A stretch of DNA of 64,000 nucleotides, from NCBI GenBank assembly GCA_003151625.1, contig PLYC01000020.1, positions 28,981-92,980 of the forward strand. Reading direction: 5' to 3'. This document shows positions 56,219-64,000 of the stretch, one piece after another. The translations under genes and the position numbers were made by a program. The notes beneath the pieces are model-generated. The model did not search any database, had not been told where the DNA came from, and was given only the letters and a program-made list of their open reading frames with translations. The stretch is from Candidatus Doudnabacteria bacterium. GTDB taxonomy: Bacteria; Patescibacteriota; Doudnabacteria; UBA920. Every line of letters starts with the position of its first letter. Position 1 is the stretch's first letter.

Positions 56219-56332
56219 TTTACCATCCAAAAATTTTTCAATTTTTCTCAAGTTAGTAATAAGCTAATAAAATAAACAGTCCCTTGAATAATTAAATTTT
56301 GCTAAATACAGGCAAAAAACTTAGGCGAAAAA

Positions 56333-56653
56333 ATGCCAAAAAATATAACTCTCAATTTTGGGGATTTAAAAAACTTCTCCGGAAAATTAATTCAGAATCT
56401 AAGGTGGGTATTTTTTGCCGTGTTTTTGCTTATATTGGCGCTCGAAGCCTTTCAGGTTAAAAATTCTTTTTCCGTGGCGCTTAACATTAATCAGGAGGTG
56501 CCGGTTGTGGGGTCTGTCAGAGAGGTTAGAATTAATTTTGACAATTACAATCAGGCCATAAATAGAATACAGCAGGCCGCTAATTATGTGCCAACCGGGG
56601 GGGTAACCAAAAATCCTTTTGCCGTTCAAGTTGTGCTTCAGCCGGCGCAATAA
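56333..56653 (+). CDS. Single-TM protein at the end of the pil operon (PilP position)
   Basis: One TM and a C-terminal KNPF motif. Confidence 0.65.
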   Translation: MPKNITLNFGDLKNFSGKLIQNLRWVFFAVFLLILALEAFQVKNSFSVALNINQEVPVVGSVREVRINFDNYNQAINRIQQAANYVPTGGVTKNPFAVQVVLQPAQ

Positions 56654-56743
56654 TTCTTAATTTTGACGCAAAGACTCTATAAAAAAAGACAGTCTTTCAT
56701 TGGTAAAGATTGCCATTTTTGGTTATAATAATAGCTGTATTCT

Positions 56744-56820
56744 GACCTCGTAGCTCATTTGGATAGAGCGCTTGGCTTCGAACCAAGAGGCAGCAAGTTC
56801 GAATCTTGCCGAGGTCACCA
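56744..56820 (+). tRNA. tRNA-Arg(TCG)
   Basis: GACCTCG/CGAGGTC acceptor stem, CTTGG-CT TCG AA-CCAAG anticodon arm, GTTCGAATC, encoded CCA. Confidence 0.95.
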
Positions 56821-56893
56821 CTTTTTTGGGGAGCAAAAAAGTGCTCTGTACCCGTCGGCCTTTAGGTTTGAGTTATACAGGGCTGAGCACCTA

Positions 56894-56922
56894 TTGAAAA
56901 AAGGCACAGTTTAGTGTAAAAT
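56894..56922 (+). promoter_or_regulatory. Promoter of tRNA-Lys
   Basis: TTGAAA-17 nt-TAAAAT, 10 nt upstream of the tRNA. Confidence 0.55.
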
Positions 56923-56932
56923 ATCAGTTATT

Positions 56933-57008
56933 GGGTTGGTAGCTCAGTTGGTAGAGCAGCGGACTCTTAATCCGCTTGTCGAGGGTTCGATCCCCTCCCA
57001 ACCCACCA
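56933..57008 (+). tRNA. tRNA-Lys(CTT)
   Basis: GGGTTGG/CCAACCC acceptor stem, GCGGA-CT CTT AA-TCCGC anticodon arm, GTTCGATCC, encoded CCA. Confidence 0.95.
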
Positions 57009-58515
57009 AGATATTACACAAAGGAATTTTTCCAACTTTCCCAAGGGCTGCGCTTAGCGCAGCCCATTGTGTTTGTGGGGTGAATTCAATTTTTTGATTT
57101 TTTAAAAACAGGTGCGAGCCGAAGATTTTTTGTGCAGCGGATTTTTTGGGGTGCAGTTCGGGCGAAAGCGTTATTTCGCCCAAGTTTTGTGCGTCTTTTA
57201 AGAAGTTTTTGAGAGGTGCGAGCCAAGCGTTCTGCTTTTGTTCCAAGCGGGCTATTTGCTCCGTGAGCGTCTTTTTTTCTAAGGTTAGTTTGTTCTTCTC
57301 CTGTCTGTACTTTTCAGGATCAATATCCTGTTCTAAGTAGCCCTGAAACAGGCGATCCTGCTTGCGGTCAATGTCTTGTATTTTTAACCGCAAGTCCTGG
57401 ACAAAAACCGCGGTGGTTTGCAAGGCTTTATCCTTGTCCCTGTCAGCCATAGCTTCCAACTCCTTGCCCCACTCTTTAGGCATAATAAAGCTTTTAAGGA
57501 CACTAGACAACTGCTTGTCCAGTTCCTCTGATCTGATATGTAGCTGGGAACAGGTAGTGTTTTTTTTGGTACAACGGTAATACAGATAGTGGTGGACATT
57601 ACCATTTTTTTGATGTTTGGTCTTAGTTTCAGCGGTAATGCTCCTGCCGCACTCCCCGCAGTGAAATAGGCCGCATAAGGGTTTCGGGTCACTGACTTGG
57701 CGGCTGGCTTTACCCCGCTGTTTTAAGACTTCCTGTACTTGATCAAATAGTTGCTTGGTAACAATGGGCTGATGTTTGCCTTGGTGGAGTTCCCCGCCAT
57801 ACCGGAACAAGCCACAATAAAAAGGATTGGATAAAATATAACAGGCTTGGTCACGCTTCATGGAATTACCGCCCGCGCTTTGCCAACGCATGGTGGCTTT
57901 GGTTTCAATCCCATTGGCAAAAAAGAATGTAGCTATATCTTCCAAGCTATATCGGCTCTCGGCATACCGTTCAAAGGCTTGTTTGACTATTGGTGCTGTA
58001 TTTTTATCCAGGGTTATAGTCTTGCTCCGTAAGTCATTAAAATAACCCAAAGGAGCAAGACCCGGGTATTCCCCGCGCTTAGCTTTTTGGTAAAGTCCTC
58101 GCTTGGTGTTAGTGCTTAGATCGCGGACGTACTGATTGGCTATGCCGAATTCAACGTTCATGAGCATGACGTTATCGTTAGAGTAATAGCCGCGTTCAGG
58201 AGTTTGAATATGCTTTACAGTTCCTTCCTGTAACAACCATTCAATCTGGGCTGCGTCCACGGGATTGCGGGCTAGCCTATCTAATTTCCAGCAGATAATC
58301 CCAAGAGCCTCACCCTTTTGTATGCGGGCAAGCATATCGGCAAAGGCAGGGCGGCCCGGCCGTTTGGCTGATTGTTTTTCGATAAATTCAGCGGAAATGG
58401 TTAATCCTTGCTCTTTTGCCAGCAATCTTAAAACAGCAAGCTGGTCTTCTATTGACCGGACTTGCTTGTCTTCCACGTCAGTGGATTTACGGGCGTATAA
58501 AAAGTAATTCGACAT
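56944..58515 (-). CDS. Large serine recombinase (resolvase + recombinase + Zn ribbon + coiled coil)
   Basis: YARKST catalytic Ser, RPAF, WKLDRLARN, APLGY, ILSNPFYCG, CGECG, YYRC; last 21 codons antisense to tRNA-Lys. Confidence 0.95.
   Translation of the reverse strand: MSNYFLYARKSTDVEDKQVRSIEDQLAVLRLLAKEQGLTISAEFIEKQSAKRPGRPAFADMLARIQKGEALGIICWKLDRLARNPVDAAQIEWLLQEGTVKHIQTPERGYYSNDNVMLMNVEFGIANQYVRDLSTNTKRGLYQKAKRGEYPGLAPLGYFNDLRSKTITLDKNTAPIVKQAFERYAESRYSLEDIATFFFANGIETKATMRWQSAGGNSMKRDQACYILSNPFYCGLFRYGGELHQGKHQPIVTKQLFDQVQEVLKQRGKASRQVSDPKPLCGLFHCGECGRSITAETKTKHQKNGNVHHYLYYRCTKKNTTCSQLHIRSEELDKQLSSVLKSFIMPKEWGKELEAMADRDKDKALQTTAVFVQDLRLKIQDIDRKQDRLFQGYLEQDIDPEKYRQEKNKLTLEKKTLTEQIARLEQKQNAWLAPLKNFLKDAQNLGEITLSPELHPKKSAAQKIFGSHLFLKNQKIEFTPQTQWAALSAALGKVGKIPLCNILVGWEGIEPSTSGLRVRCSTN
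57091..57151 (-). repeat. 61-bp inverted repeat, left copy (inside recombinase CDS)
   Basis: Reverse complement identical to 60844-60904; encodes PKKSAAQKIFGSHLFLKNQK. Confidence 0.97.
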
Positions 58516-58518
58516 TTT

Positions 58519-59145
58519 TTAAAATTCTTTCCTTAAAACCCCAATAACTTTCCCCTGTACCTCAACATTTTTTTCATAAAATGGTTTCATGGTCTTGTTA
58601 GCAGGAACAAGCTTAATACGATTTTTTTCGTGGAAAATCTTTTTGAGAGTAACGGAGTTTTGGTCTGGTAAATAAGCAACTGCCTTTTCCCCGTCATTAA
58701 CTGTTGACTGCTCGCGGACAATAACGACATCCCCGTCAGAAATTCCCTCCTCAATCATACTCGTGCCTGACACTTTCAAGGCGTAATGGTTAGCTCCTCT
58801 TGAGAGCATACTACGCGGCACTTCTATTGGTTCGGGGTTCCTGATTACCTCAATTGGCCCACCGGCGGCAATAAGACCCATAAGTGGTATCTCTACTAAA
58901 TCGCCCTTGCGGTCATTGAAGGCTTGGATTGAGCGCCTCCTGCCCTTATGAAAGGCGAGAAGCTTCTTTTTGCGTAAATAGGAAACATGCTGGTGAACCG
59001 TTGGAATGGAAATATCAAAATTGTTGGCAATTTCACCAAGAGAAGGGGCATAGCCTTTTTCTCTTTGAAATTTTATGATAAATTCTAAAATTTCGGCCTG
59101 TCTTTTCGATGGCTTGATTGTCCAAATACTTGACTGATTTTCCAT
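58519..59145 (-). CDS. lexA: LexA repressor
   Basis: RQAEILEFI...GYAPSLGEIA wHTH, IAAG cleavage site, GTSM (Ser), TLKK (Lys), VQGKVIG. Confidence 0.93.
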   Translation of the reverse strand: MENQSSIWTIKPSKRQAEILEFIIKFQREKGYAPSLGEIANNFDISIPTVHQHVSYLRKKKLLAFHKGRRRSIQAFNDRKGDLVEIPLMGLIAAGGPIEVIRNPEPIEVPRSMLSRGANHYALKVSGTSMIEEGISDGDVVIVREQSTVNDGEKAVAYLPDQNSVTLKKIFHEKNRIKLVPANKTMKPFYEKNVEVQGKVIGVLRKEF

Positions 59146-59151
59146 AATGGT

Positions 59152-59196
59152 ATTATACTACCTAAAGATAACCTAAACAAGTGTGCGTTATCCACA
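59152..59196 (-). promoter_or_regulatory. lexA promoter (possibly leaderless) with a direct-repeat operator candidate and DnaA box
   Basis: Minus strand TTGTTT(59180)-17 nt-TATAAT(59157), 6 nt before ATG; CCTA-N7-CCTA 59161-59175; TTATCCACA 59188-59196. Confidence 0.6.
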
Positions 59197-59244
59197 ATGC
59201 ATAAAAAGCTAATTTGGATAAAAAATTAATTTTTTAAACTATAT

Positions 59245-60300
59245 ATGGCATACGAAGTTGACTATCTTCCCGTAGGGGAAGGACAAAGATCCGGGGACGC
59301 AATAGTTTTGCGGTTTGGTAATTTTACCGGCCCCAGAGACCAGCAATATATCATTGTTATAGACGGCGGGTACAAGGAGTCTGGCGAGGCTCTGGTTAAG
59401 CATATTAACTATTACTATGGAACCAATGAAGTAAACTTAGTGATTTCCACACACCCTGACATAGACCATGCGTCAGGCCTGTGTAGCATTCTCGAAAATA
59501 TGGATGTTAAAGAGCTGTGGATGCATAAACCTTGGGAACATGCCCAGGACATAAAGAACTTTTTCAAAAATGGCCAAATTACCGCCTCCGGTCTTCAAGA
59601 AAAAATTGAAAAATCGCTCCAATATGCCAGCGACTTGGACTCTATAGCCCAAAAAAAGCGCATACCAATTTTTGAACCTTTCCAAGGCCTCAATGCTGGA
59701 GGTGTTATCCAAGTCCTTGGCCCTTCAAAAGATTACTATCAAAATTTATTACCGCACCTCAAGGATATGCCAGCACCGAAACCATCCCTCGGCATATTTG
59801 CTCCGCTCATCAAAAAAGCAGAGGAAGCGGTCGAATGGATAGAGGATAATATGAACGTGGATTTGCTAAATGACGATGATGATGCAACCTCCGCCAGCAA
59901 CAACACGAGCACGATTATTCTCTTTAATCTCGACGGGCACAAACTCCTTTTTACAGGGGACGCGGGTAAAACCGCTTTGTTCAATGCCATCACATACGCG
60001 GAAAGCCTGCCAACCCCAATTCTGCTTTCCGACCTCCATTTTCTAGATGTTCCCCATCACGGGAGCAAGCGCAATATCAGTAGCAAAATTTTGAGAAAAA
60101 TCAAAACCCAGACCGCCTTCGTTTCCGCCCCAAAAGATTCGGATAAGCACCCCGCCAAAAAGACCACCAACGCCCTGCAAAAGCACGGCGCATATGTTTT
60201 TGTAACCCGCGGAACGTCATTACTACAGCATAACCAAGGAAACGCGCGTGGCTGGGGCAATGCTCAAGCTGAACCGTTTCACCCTAAGGTAGAAGTATAA
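59245..60300 (+). CDS. MBL-fold metallo-hydrolase (ComEC/Rec2 C-terminal-like, soluble)
   Basis: GDAI, IDGG, STHPDIDH, NNTS, LFTGDAG, VPHHGS, KHP; no signal peptide or TM. Confidence 0.9.
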   Translation: MAYEVDYLPVGEGQRSGDAIVLRFGNFTGPRDQQYIIVIDGGYKESGEALVKHINYYYGTNEVNLVISTHPDIDHASGLCSILENMDVKELWMHKPWEHAQDIKNFFKNGQITASGLQEKIEKSLQYASDLDSIAQKKRIPIFEPFQGLNAGGVIQVLGPSKDYYQNLLPHLKDMPAPKPSLGIFAPLIKKAEEAVEWIEDNMNVDLLNDDDDATSASNNTSTIILFNLDGHKLLFTGDAGKTALFNAITYAESLPTPILLSDLHFLDVPHHGSKRNISSKILRKIKTQTAFVSAPKDSDKHPAKKTTNALQKHGAYVFVTRGTSLLQHNQGNARGWGNAQAEPFHPKVEV

Positions 60301-60303
60301 AAT

Positions 60304-60795
60304 ATGAAGGAGCTATTAGATAAACTAACGTCCTACAACCTTTTTAATTACCTCCTGCCCGGAGTGTTATTTGTTACACTTTCGGGCAAACTTTCAGCCA
60401 ACTCCTTGACTCTAGGTGACGCTATGGTCGGGGCTTTCGTCTGCTACTTTATTGGTTTAATAATCAGCCGATTCGGCTCGCTTATTATTGGGCCGACACT
60501 AAAAAAAATTTCTTTTGTAAAATTTACCGGCTACTCGGCTTACGTTTCCGCCTCCAAACAGGATCCAACCCTCGAAACCCTCTCGGAGGTAAATAATATG
60601 TACCGGACACTAAGTTCAATGCTTGTCCTTTTAGCATTATTTAAATTTTATGAATGGATTGAGCTACAGCTACCCGGCCTAAAGGCATGGAATAATTACA
60701 TTCTCATCGCACTGCTCTTAATTCTTTTTCTATATTCTTATAGAAAGCAAACCCAGTTTATTACAAATAGAATTAAAGCAAATAACGGACAATAA
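60304..60795 (+). CDS. Hypothetical 4-TM membrane protein
   Basis: Four hydrophobic segments; YNLFNYLLPG N-terminus; 3 nt after MBL stop. Confidence 0.8.
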   Translation: MKELLDKLTSYNLFNYLLPGVLFVTLSGKLSANSLTLGDAMVGAFVCYFIGLIISRFGSLIIGPTLKKISFVKFTGYSAYVSASKQDPTLETLSEVNNMYRTLSSMLVLLALFKFYEWIELQLPGLKAWNNYILIALLLILFLYSYRKQTQFITNRIKANNGQ

Positions 60796-60843
60796 ATTTT
60801 TTAATTTTGTTTCCCATGCGTCTTGCGTTCTGCGCCCTGCGTC

Positions 60844-60904
60844 CCCCAAAAAATCCGCTGCACAAAAAATCTTCGGCTCGCACCTGTTTTTAAAAAATCA
60901 AAAA
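60844..60904 (+). repeat. 61-bp inverted repeat, right copy (intergenic, 1 nt before holA ATG)
   Basis: CCCCAAAAAATCCGCTGCACAAAAAATCTTCGGCTCGCACCTGTTTTTAAAAAATCAAAAA. Confidence 0.97.
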
Positions 60905-60905
60905 C

Positions 60906-61886
60906 ATGATTACCCTGCTTTTAGGTTCAGACGACTTTTCCAAGAAAAATTTTATAGACGCTCTCGTTTTAAACAAGGGGGCGTTTTTATCCGTGTTTTC
61001 TGAAGCCACCGAAATTCCGGAAACCGGCGCCCTTTTGGAATCGGACTTGTTTTCCAAACCCAAGGTTTTTGTTTTGCAAAATATAATGCCGGATTTTGGG
61101 TCTGTGAATTTGGAGAAGTGTATTTTAACCCTAAATCAAATTGTAATTTCCCTAAAGTCCCTGGACAAAAGAAAGAAAGAAAACAAGGAACTGCTCTCAA
61201 ATCCAAAAATTACTGTAAAAGAATTTTCTTTGCCGCACGGCAGGGAGTTGGACAAGTGGATACAAAACCGCGTTTCTTTTTACAAGGGTAAAATTTCGCA
61301 AAACGCGACCGAAGCTTTGGCTGTCCGTTTGGGTCGGGATAACGGCAAGGAAACCAAAGTCGCAGGCAAGGTTATAGCCGTGGAAGAAGTTTTTGATTTG
61401 TGGCAGGCGGACAGCGAAATCCAAAAGCTTTTGGCCTTTGCAGAAGGAGGGGAAATTAGCCGCCAGGCAGTTTTGGATTTGGTCCCGGAGAACGCGGAAG
61501 TGGATGTATTTGATTTAACCAATGCCATTGCCGATAATCAAAAACAAAAAACTATGGAACTTTTGGGGCGTTTTTTAAAAGAGCAAACCGGCGGTGACGA
61601 GAAGGGCTCCATAATCCAGTTAAACGCCTTGCTTGGCGAGCAGTTTCGCAATGTAGCCATAGTTCAAGATTTTATGGCCGTAAAAAAACCCGAAAATGAA
61701 ATTTTGGACGCTACTGGTTGGAAACCAGGCAGGTTGTTTGTAATGAAAAAAATTGCCTCGCGTTTTCCCGCGAAAAAAATTATCGATCTGCTTAACAAAC
61801 TGGAAGCCCTGGATGAAGAACTAAAAAGTTCCAGCATCCCTCCCAGGGTATTGCTAGATTTAATTTTATCGCAACTATTTATTTAA
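60906..61886 (+). CDS. holA: DNA polymerase III delta subunit
   Basis: LLLGSDDF, DLFS, LDKR, WIQ, EIQKL, VFDLTNAI, DEELK pattern. Confidence 0.85.
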   Translation: MITLLLGSDDFSKKNFIDALVLNKGAFLSVFSEATEIPETGALLESDLFSKPKVFVLQNIMPDFGSVNLEKCILTLNQIVISLKSLDKRKKENKELLSNPKITVKEFSLPHGRELDKWIQNRVSFYKGKISQNATEALAVRLGRDNGKETKVAGKVIAVEEVFDLWQADSEIQKLLAFAEGGEISRQAVLDLVPENAEVDVFDLTNAIADNQKQKTMELLGRFLKEQTGGDEKGSIIQLNALLGEQFRNVAIVQDFMAVKKPENEILDATGWKPGRLFVMKKIASRFPAKKIIDLLNKLEALDEELKSSSIPPRVLLDLILSQLFI

Positions 61887-61967
61887 TTTAAAATGCTCTT
61901 CGTTGGTAGAGCGTTTTAAAACGTCGATCCTTTTGCATTATTGTACTAGTACGCTAGTGCAAAAGGA
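61887..61967. terminator. Two hairpins between convergent holA and typA
   Basis: TTTAAAATGCTCT / AGAGCGTTTTAAA and TCCTTTTGCA / TGCAAAAGGA. Confidence 0.7.
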
Positions 61968-61993
61968 CTCATAGTTGGAATTTTTGATAATAG

Positions 61994-63925
61994 TTATTTT
62001 CTTTCCGAACGCTTTCTTTCGGTGGCGTTTAAGATTTTTTTGCGAATTCTAATCGACTGCGGAGTAACTTCCACCAGTTCGTCGGCGCCTACGTATTCCA
62101 AAGCAAAGTCCAGTTCTACCGGGCGGTGGGGGGTTAAAATTATGGCTTCGTCGGTTCCGGAGGAGCGGATGTTGGTGAGTTTTTTGGTTTTGCAGACGTT
62201 AAGCTCAATATCGCTGTCCAGCGCGTTTCTGCCCACAACCATGCCCTCGTAAATTTCCACGGCAGGGCCTATAAACAAAATTCCGCGCTCCTGGGCGTTG
62301 TTAAGGCCGTAGGAGTTAGAAAGTCCCGTTTCGCTGGAAACAAGGCTGCCGTGCTCGTTGGCTTTGGTATCTATTTCGTGTGCCGGCTTATAGCTGTCAA
62401 AAATATTGTTAATAACCGCTGTGCCGCGCGTGCGCGTCATCATCAGGTTTTTAAGGCCAATCAGCCCCCGCGTAGGGATTAAATATTCCGCGTGAATGTC
62501 GCCGGAAGGGTTGGTGTCCAGGTGCTGCATTTGTCCGCCGCGGCGGCCAAGCTCTTCTATAATTACTCCTTGATGCTCTGCGGGCACATCAATAGTCACG
62601 ATTTCATACGGTTCCATTTTTATAGCATCTTTGTCATTAGAATCCGTTGGGATGTAGTGCAGGCCATCGGCCTGCTTGGTGTGGAGGCCAGTGGCCTCCG
62701 CTACATCAACCTTCTTCATATAATGGTAAATAACTTCGGGCTGGGAAACTTGCAGTTCAAAACCTTCGCGTCTCATGGTTTCCACCAAAACCGCCAAGTG
62801 TAATTCACCTCGGCCGGAGACTAAAAAAGAATCCGAGCCTTGTTCAAGGCCGTCTACTTTTAAGGCAACGTTGGTTTCCAGTTCTTTAATTAAACGTTCA
62901 CGAAGCTGACGGGAGGTGACAAACTTTCCTTCGCGTCCGGCAAACGGGGAAGTGTTAACGCCAAAAGTCATTTTAATGGTCGGCGGTTCAATTTCCACCG
63001 GGGGAAGGATTTTTGGATTTATGGGGTCGGTAAGGGTATCGCCAATATGGATGTCGTCAAAACCGCCAATGGCAACTATGTCGCCGGCCACGGCTTCTTC
63101 CACGTCTATTTGTTTTAAACCCTCATACATTTGCAGGGCGGAAATTTTATCGGTCTTTTTTGTGCCGTCCGCTTTAATTAAAAGAGTATTTTGGCCTTTT
63201 TTTACGCTGCCGGACTGCACTTTGCCAATTCCCAAACGTCCTTTGTAGTTGTCGTAAGCCAGAGCCAAAATTTGTATGGCAAACACGTCATCCATTTCCA
63301 CATTCGGCGCGGGGATATGTTTAATAATCGCTTCAAAAAGCGGGGAGATGTCGGGCGGAGTGTTAGGGTCCGCAATTTTTGTAAGTAAATCTTCTGCGGA
63401 ATCGCTGGCCAGCCCGCGGATGCCGGAAGAATATATAATAGGAAAATCCAGCTGTTTGTGGGTGGCGTTTAATTTTACGAATAAATCAAAAGTATGATTA
63501 ACGGTGTGGTCAATTTGCGCATCGGGCTTATCTATTTTGTTTATGACCACAATGGCCTGCAGGCCAAGTTCCAAAGCCTTTTTTAACACGAATTTGGTTT
63601 GGGGCATTGGGCCTTCTTTGGCGTCTACCAGTAACAGCACGCCATCAGCCATCTTTAAAGTACGCTCGACCTCGCCGCCAAAATCCGCGTGGCCCGGAGT
63701 GTCCACAATATTAATTTTGTAATCTTTGTAAATTAAGCTGGCGTTTTTGGCCTTAATGGTAATGCCGCGTTCGCGTTCAAGGTCCATGCTGTCCATTATT
63801 AAATCCTTGGTCTCGGGGCTGTCCTTGACCGTGTGGGTTTGTTTGAGCATAGCGTCCACCATTGTGGTTTTGCCGTGGTCAACGTGGGCGATTATAGCGA
63901 TGTTGCGGATGTTGTCTCTTTTCAT
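61994..63925 (-). CDS. typA: Translational GTPase TypA/BipA
   Basis: [58 protein letters not shown]. Confidence 0.97.
   Translation of the reverse strand: MKRDNIRNIAIIAHVDHGKTTMVDAMLKQTHTVKDSPETKDLIMDSMDLERERGITIKAKNASLIYKDYKINIVDTPGHADFGGEVERTLKMADGVLLLVDAKEGPMPQTKFVLKKALELGLQAIVVINKIDKPDAQIDHTVNHTFDLFVKLNATHKQLDFPIIYSSGIRGLASDSAEDLLTKIADPNTPPDISPLFEAIIKHIPAPNVEMDDVFAIQILALAYDNYKGRLGIGKVQSGSVKKGQNTLLIKADGTKKTDKISALQMYEGLKQIDVEEAVAGDIVAIGGFDDIHIGDTLTDPINPKILPPVEIEPPTIKMTFGVNTSPFAGREGKFVTSRQLRERLIKELETNVALKVDGLEQGSDSFLVSGRGELHLAVLVETMRREGFELQVSQPEVIYHYMKKVDVAEATGLHTKQADGLHYIPTDSNDKDAIKMEPYEIVTIDVPAEHQGVIIEELGRRGGQMQHLDTNPSGDIHAEYLIPTRGLIGLKNLMMTRTRGTAVINNIFDSYKPAHEIDTKANEHGSLVSSETGLSNSYGLNNAQERGILFIGPAVEIYEGMVVGRNALDSDIELNVCKTKKLTNIRSSGTDEAIILTPHRPVELDFALEYVGADELVEVTPQSIRIRKKILNATERKRSERK
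62651..62707. repeat. GTAG-type REP doublet (REPIN-like) inserted in frame in typA
   Basis: GATGTAG-TGCAGGCCATCGGCCTGC...GGAGGCCAGTGGCCTCCG-CTACATC; 57 bp. Confidence 0.8.
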
Positions 63926-64000
63926 TAACGAAGTTCCTTACAATGAGTTAAGGCTATAAAAAGCTGATCAGCGTGTGATCAGCGTTGGAGTTTAAATCAG

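Larger units (their letters stand above)
57009..60904. mobile_element. tRNA-Lys-linked island (recombinase, lexA, MBL hydrolase, 4-TM protein)
   Basis: Recombinase abuts the tRNA 3' end; cargo sits between core tRNA and holA; C-rich plus strand contrasts with flanks; 61-bp inverted repeat. Confidence 0.75.

Noticed and set aside
56841-56890. Small RNA or tRNA fragment between the two tRNAs
   Set aside because: Only an imperfect hairpin (GTGCTC/GAGCAC, CTGTA/TACAG); no T-loop or known motif
59245-60300. Competence protein ComEC linked to the pil operon
   Set aside because: Lacks the membrane Competence domain and export signal and sits in the island; only the MBL fold is shared
56933-60905. 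Prophage or classical attL/attR direct repeat of the tRNA 3' end
   Set aside because: No phage structural or replication genes and no tRNA-Lys fragment between 60796 and 60905
1150-63959. Numerous 60-190 aa antisense or nested ORFs in the ORF track
   Set aside because: Shadows of well-supported genes on other frames with no motifs or independent expression signals
1-64000. CRISPR array
   Set aside because: No regularly spaced 23-47 nt repeats with unique spacers; short tandem arrays (CACAGAT, TCAGCG, ACAAAATT) lack spacer structure; no cas genes

Overview
Bacterial chromosomal DNA in standard code 11 (TAA, TAG and TGA all end genes). Gene families, dense short intergenic palindromes and the pil/holA/typA context suggest Patescibacteria (CPR); this is an inference. 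About 46 kb is a cell-surface glycosylation region. It has a minus-strand cluster (GT-C, dehydratase, reductase, GT2/GT4, flippase), a Thr/Gly-rich surface protein, a nucleotidyltransferase toxin-antitoxin-like pair and a WaaL/PglL-like ligase with TPRs. A long plus-strand cluster follows, with a GDP-heptose pathway plus its own transaldolase, methyltransferases, two MBOAT/SGNH acylation modules (one fed by AcpS-FkbH-ACP-MaoC) and an initiating sugar-phosphate transferase. Next come a secreted LCAT-like lipase, an ArsR regulator, pilB/C/M/N/O, tRNA-Arg(TCG) and tRNA-Lys(CTT), a 4-gene island (large serine recombinase, LexA, MBL hydrolase, 4-TM protein), holA and typA. Best leads: (1) a perfect 61-bp inverted repeat with one copy inside the recombinase gene and one abutting the holA start, defining a candidate self-inverting cassette with defence-like cargo; (2) an ACP-dependent glyceryl-type glycan acylation module; (3) the TA pair flanked by a diverged duplicate of the surface-protein 3' end; (4) a dispersed element with conserved flanks and a swappable perfect hairpin; (5) palindromic repeats inserted in frame in typA and a GT4. 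All product calls come from motif recognition; no database searches were run.
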